From Spirochaetota bacterium (GTDB lineage: Bacteria > Spirochaetota > UBA4802 > UBA5550): a DNA stretch of 64,000 nt. The notes beneath the pieces were generated by a model that was given only the letters and a program-made list of their open reading frames with translations, had not been told where the DNA came from and made no database searches. Positions 61,668 through 64,000 of the stretch are shown here, piece by piece. Numbering within the stretch: the stretch's first letter is position 1; every line of letters begins with the position of its first letter. A program made the position numbers and the translations under genes. The DNA is taken from positions 2,496,001 through 2,560,000 of the forward strand of contig CAXXHB010000003.1 of assembly GCA_963664815.2 (NCBI GenBank), written 5' to 3'.

Positions 61668-61728
61668 GAAGCGGCCTCTAATAAAAATATATCCGACTTG
61701 AGGCATGGACTCCGAAAGACGGCAATAA

Positions 61729-62271
61729 TTATTGTTCATAAAAAGCCGAACCACTTACAACTAATTCACATAATTTTTCTTTTATTATTTTTATTAAACA
61801 ATCCGTAGTTCTAAAGTTTAGTATCTCATTACGAGTAATAACAATTAATCTAATTCCTTCTTGAAGCGCACTTGAAATTATACTTTGAGATTGTGTAAGA
61901 TCATATTGATTTCCAGTAATCCCATTTGCAGCGATGAAAATTCCAATATCTTGAGCTCTATGTTTTACTTTTTCCTTAAACCATGAAACATCGATGCTGC
62001 CGACAGGAGATGACCAATTCTTACATTCAACCAATATTATATATGGTAAAAAAACTAAGCCACCATTGTTTTTTTCATTCCAAAACGCTACATCAATTTC
62101 TTCAGTATTATGAATGTTCATTTGGTTTCGTCTTGTTACTGAAATTCCAGGTATTTTTTCGAATAAATAGCATATTAAATCTTCTAAAGCTTTACCCTTA
62201 TGTGCGGATACTTGAGCAAGATCGCTTTGATTAAAATAATCTAAAATTTTTCTGGAGGAATAATTAGCCAT
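61729..62271 (-). CDS. Mrr-like PD-(D/E)XK restriction endonuclease
   Basis: KGKALE, EEIDV, LVECKNW..PVG, GIFIA.NG.T. Confidence 0.8.
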   Translation of the reverse strand: MANYSSRKILDYFNQSDLAQVSAHKGKALEDLICYLFEKIPGISVTRRNQMNIHNTEEIDVAFWNEKNNGGLVFLPYIILVECKNWSSPVGSIDVSWFKEKVKHRAQDIGIFIAANGITGNQYDLTQSQSIISSALQEGIRLIVITRNEILNFRTTDCLIKIIKEKLCELVVSGSAFYEQ

Positions 62272-63163
62272 TTATTCCTCCTTTATGAGCTAACGTATTT
62301 CTTTTATTCAAAATATATGATGTCAGTTCATTCGTAGCTATTAACTGAATAAATTTCTCAAGACTGAGGAATAATATTAAAGGGTAACGATTTTCATACT
62401 TTTCAAGATTATTGATTAGTATTTCTTTATAAAGAACTAGACCGAGATTCGAATTAGTTGCATTTAAATAATTATTCATTTGAGAATATATCTTAGTAAT
62501 GCTGTTGTCATTTTTAATTGTTTTTTTAAATTCAATTAAAAGTGGATTCTGAATACTTTTTTGTAACTCATCAATCCAGATAGCTAAATCGATTCCTTTA
62601 TCAATTGAATTTGAATTCGAAACACTCGTTATGTGATTAAAATTTGATAAAAAATGTTCAATGTTTTCAATAATTTCACTTTCATTCTCAATCTGATATA
62701 TTTTATTTATAAATTGATTATAATTGAATTTTTTATCAACTTTAGGAATTCTTTTTTGTTCACTTATTTTTTTAGTTTTATTTTTAATATTAAGATTATC
62801 AATAAATACATTTAAGTTAAACGATATAGCATCATAATCATTTTCATTTGCCTTAATATTCGGAAATTCTTTTAAAGTATGGGGAATATCTATATCTGGT
62901 TCATAAATAATAAAGATAGGTTTATTCATTCCTCTTGCTAAACCAAGTTCAAAATAATTATTTTGAGTAAAGTTTTTGTTTATCATCGCACAAACGAAGT
63001 CAGAAGATTTAATTAACTTTTCAATTAGCTGATTAATAGATAAACCTGGTTCAAATGATAAATCAGCAATATCAATATGATTTTCATTAAGGATGTTTTT
63101 GAGGATAAAATTATTTATATTGTTACTAGAGATTAAAAAGCATTTAGTTTTGTTATTATCCAT
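62264..63163 (-). CDS. TIR/nucleoside-deoxyribosyltransferase-like domain fused to a PD-(D/E)XK-like domain
   Basis: IKSSDFV, NNYFELGLA.G.NKPIFII; DKGIDLAIW..LLIEFK; 8-bp overlap with the downstream nuclease. Confidence 0.7.
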   Translation of the reverse strand: MDNNKTKCFLISSNNINNFILKNILNENHIDIADLSFEPGLSINQLIEKLIKSSDFVCAMINKNFTQNNYFELGLARGMNKPIFIIYEPDIDIPHTLKEFPNIKANENDYDAISFNLNVFIDNLNIKNKTKKISEQKRIPKVDKKFNYNQFINKIYQIENESEIIENIEHFLSNFNHITSVSNSNSIDKGIDLAIWIDELQKSIQNPLLIEFKKTIKNDNSITKIYSQMNNYLNATNSNLGLVLYKEILINNLEKYENRYPLILFLSLEKFIQLIATNELTSYILNKRNTLAHKGGING

Positions 63164-63228
63164 AATAATTCCTATAAATATTTTCTTTACTAACCGGGCA
63201 CGGATGCCCGGATATATTTTTTAGGCCG

Positions 63229-63358
63229 GTCTGGTAGGTCAGGGAGCTCGCGCCTCCTTTCTACCATAAGAACCGTACGAGAAAGTTTTACCACAGGCAC
63301 TTCCTCCGGTCGCCCTTCTTACGACTCAAGTCGTCTAAAGATGATTATACAACCAGCT
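63229..63358 (-). repeat. Composite element copy L (intron-like DV/DVI end)
   Basis: GTCTGGTAGGTCAGGGAGC...GAACCGTACGAGAAAG...TACGACTCAAG. Confidence 0.85.
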
Positions 63359-63423
63359 GCCAATTAAAGTAATATCCCTACCTAATATTTTGATGCAAGA
63401 ATGTAGACAAATACTCATGAATT

Positions 63424-63846
63424 CTAACGGTTTAAATAAAGACTTGATAATTCGCTAACTAAAGAGTCAGATGAGTACGCAGGACTAGTCACAGGGATTC
63501 TGATAATTCTGGTTGAATGTTTACTACTTTTTTTATAATGAATTTCAATTTCTTTTCTTTTTCTTTTATCTGTTTTTGCAATTCTTACAATTTTATCTTT
63601 ACTAATTACCTTTTTTCTACCATATAAAAATCGAATAGTTAAATTATCTTCATAAAATGTATATTTATATACACCTAGTTCAAAGAAAAATAAATAAAAC
63701 GGTAATACTACTAAAACTCCAAATGATAGTATCATAGAAAATAAATTATAATGACTAGAATTACCTACGAGAAAACCATAAACAATTATAACTATTCCCA
63801 TGATTACTTTTATACTATCATCCCAGACTATCATACTGTGAGGCAA
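63424..63846 (-). CDS. Hypothetical membrane protein (bPH-like), probably 5'-truncated by the adjacent IS
   Basis: Two TMs, then Y.F.ED.L.IR; IS end about 15 bp upstream. Confidence 0.55.
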   Translation of the reverse strand: MPHSMIVWDDSIKVIMGIVIIVYGFLVGNSSHYNLFSMILSFGVLVVLPFYLFFFELGVYKYTFYEDNLTIRFLYGRKKVISKDKIVRIAKTDKRKRKEIEIHYKKSSKHSTRIIRIPVTSPAYSSDSLVSELSSLYLNR

Positions 63847-63860
63847 TGTTAAGCAGTTAG

Positions 63861-64000
63861 TATAGTGAGCCCAAAAAATGAGACACAGATTTCAATATGA
63901 TGAAGTGTATTTTTCCTTGAAATAAAACACAAGGAGAATTATAAAAGGTAATGAAAAAACGACATAGTAAAGAGTTCAAAGCAAAAGTAGCCATTGATGC
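63861..64000 (+). mobile_element. Left end of a second IS3 family element (OrfA starts at 63951, runs off the window)
   Basis: TATAGTGAGCCCAAAAAATGAGACAC IR-like sequence; MKKRHSKEFKAKVAIDA. Confidence 0.8.

Noticed and set aside
29051-63358. CRISPR array interpretation of the repeats
   Set aside because: Repeats are 125-900 bp with gene-sized spacers, and there are no cas genes.

Overview
AT-rich bacterial chromosome segment, probably from a free-living spirochaete (inferred from gene content and style). About 1-20.5 kb is core genome: hisS (cut by the window edge), U32 peptidase, dprA, LysM/M23, maf, rel/spoT, degP, apt, an rsmG-TrmH fusion, nfeD/SPFH, rpsT, HU and tRNA-Val. About 20.7-37 kb is accessory metabolism: a TetR-linked DmsABC-like molybdoenzyme, AraC/aldo-keto reductase, esterase and MATE. 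About 29-64 kb is a hypervariable cargo array with TA modules, defence-like nucleases, DUF1566 lectin-fold genes, and IS110, IS3, IS66 and IS701-like elements. The array is punctuated by 12 full or partial copies of one non-coding composite element of up to ~760-910 bp. That element joins three parts: (i) on the - strand, the 3' end of a group II intron (decayed maturase C-terminus, domain V with an insertion, domain VI); (ii) on the + strand, the 3' end and oriIS-like motif of an IS91/ISCR-type element; (iii) a ~125-bp attC-like hairpin whose conservation stops exactly at a G|TT. Cargo genes lie between an intron-like 3' splice end just upstream of their start and the attC-like G|TT at or near their stop, which suggests an undescribed gene-capture or cassette-building system. 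Two cargo genes also look like orphan DGR targets. No integrase, intact reverse transcriptase or intact IS91 transposase is in the window. All calls come from reading the sequence by eye.
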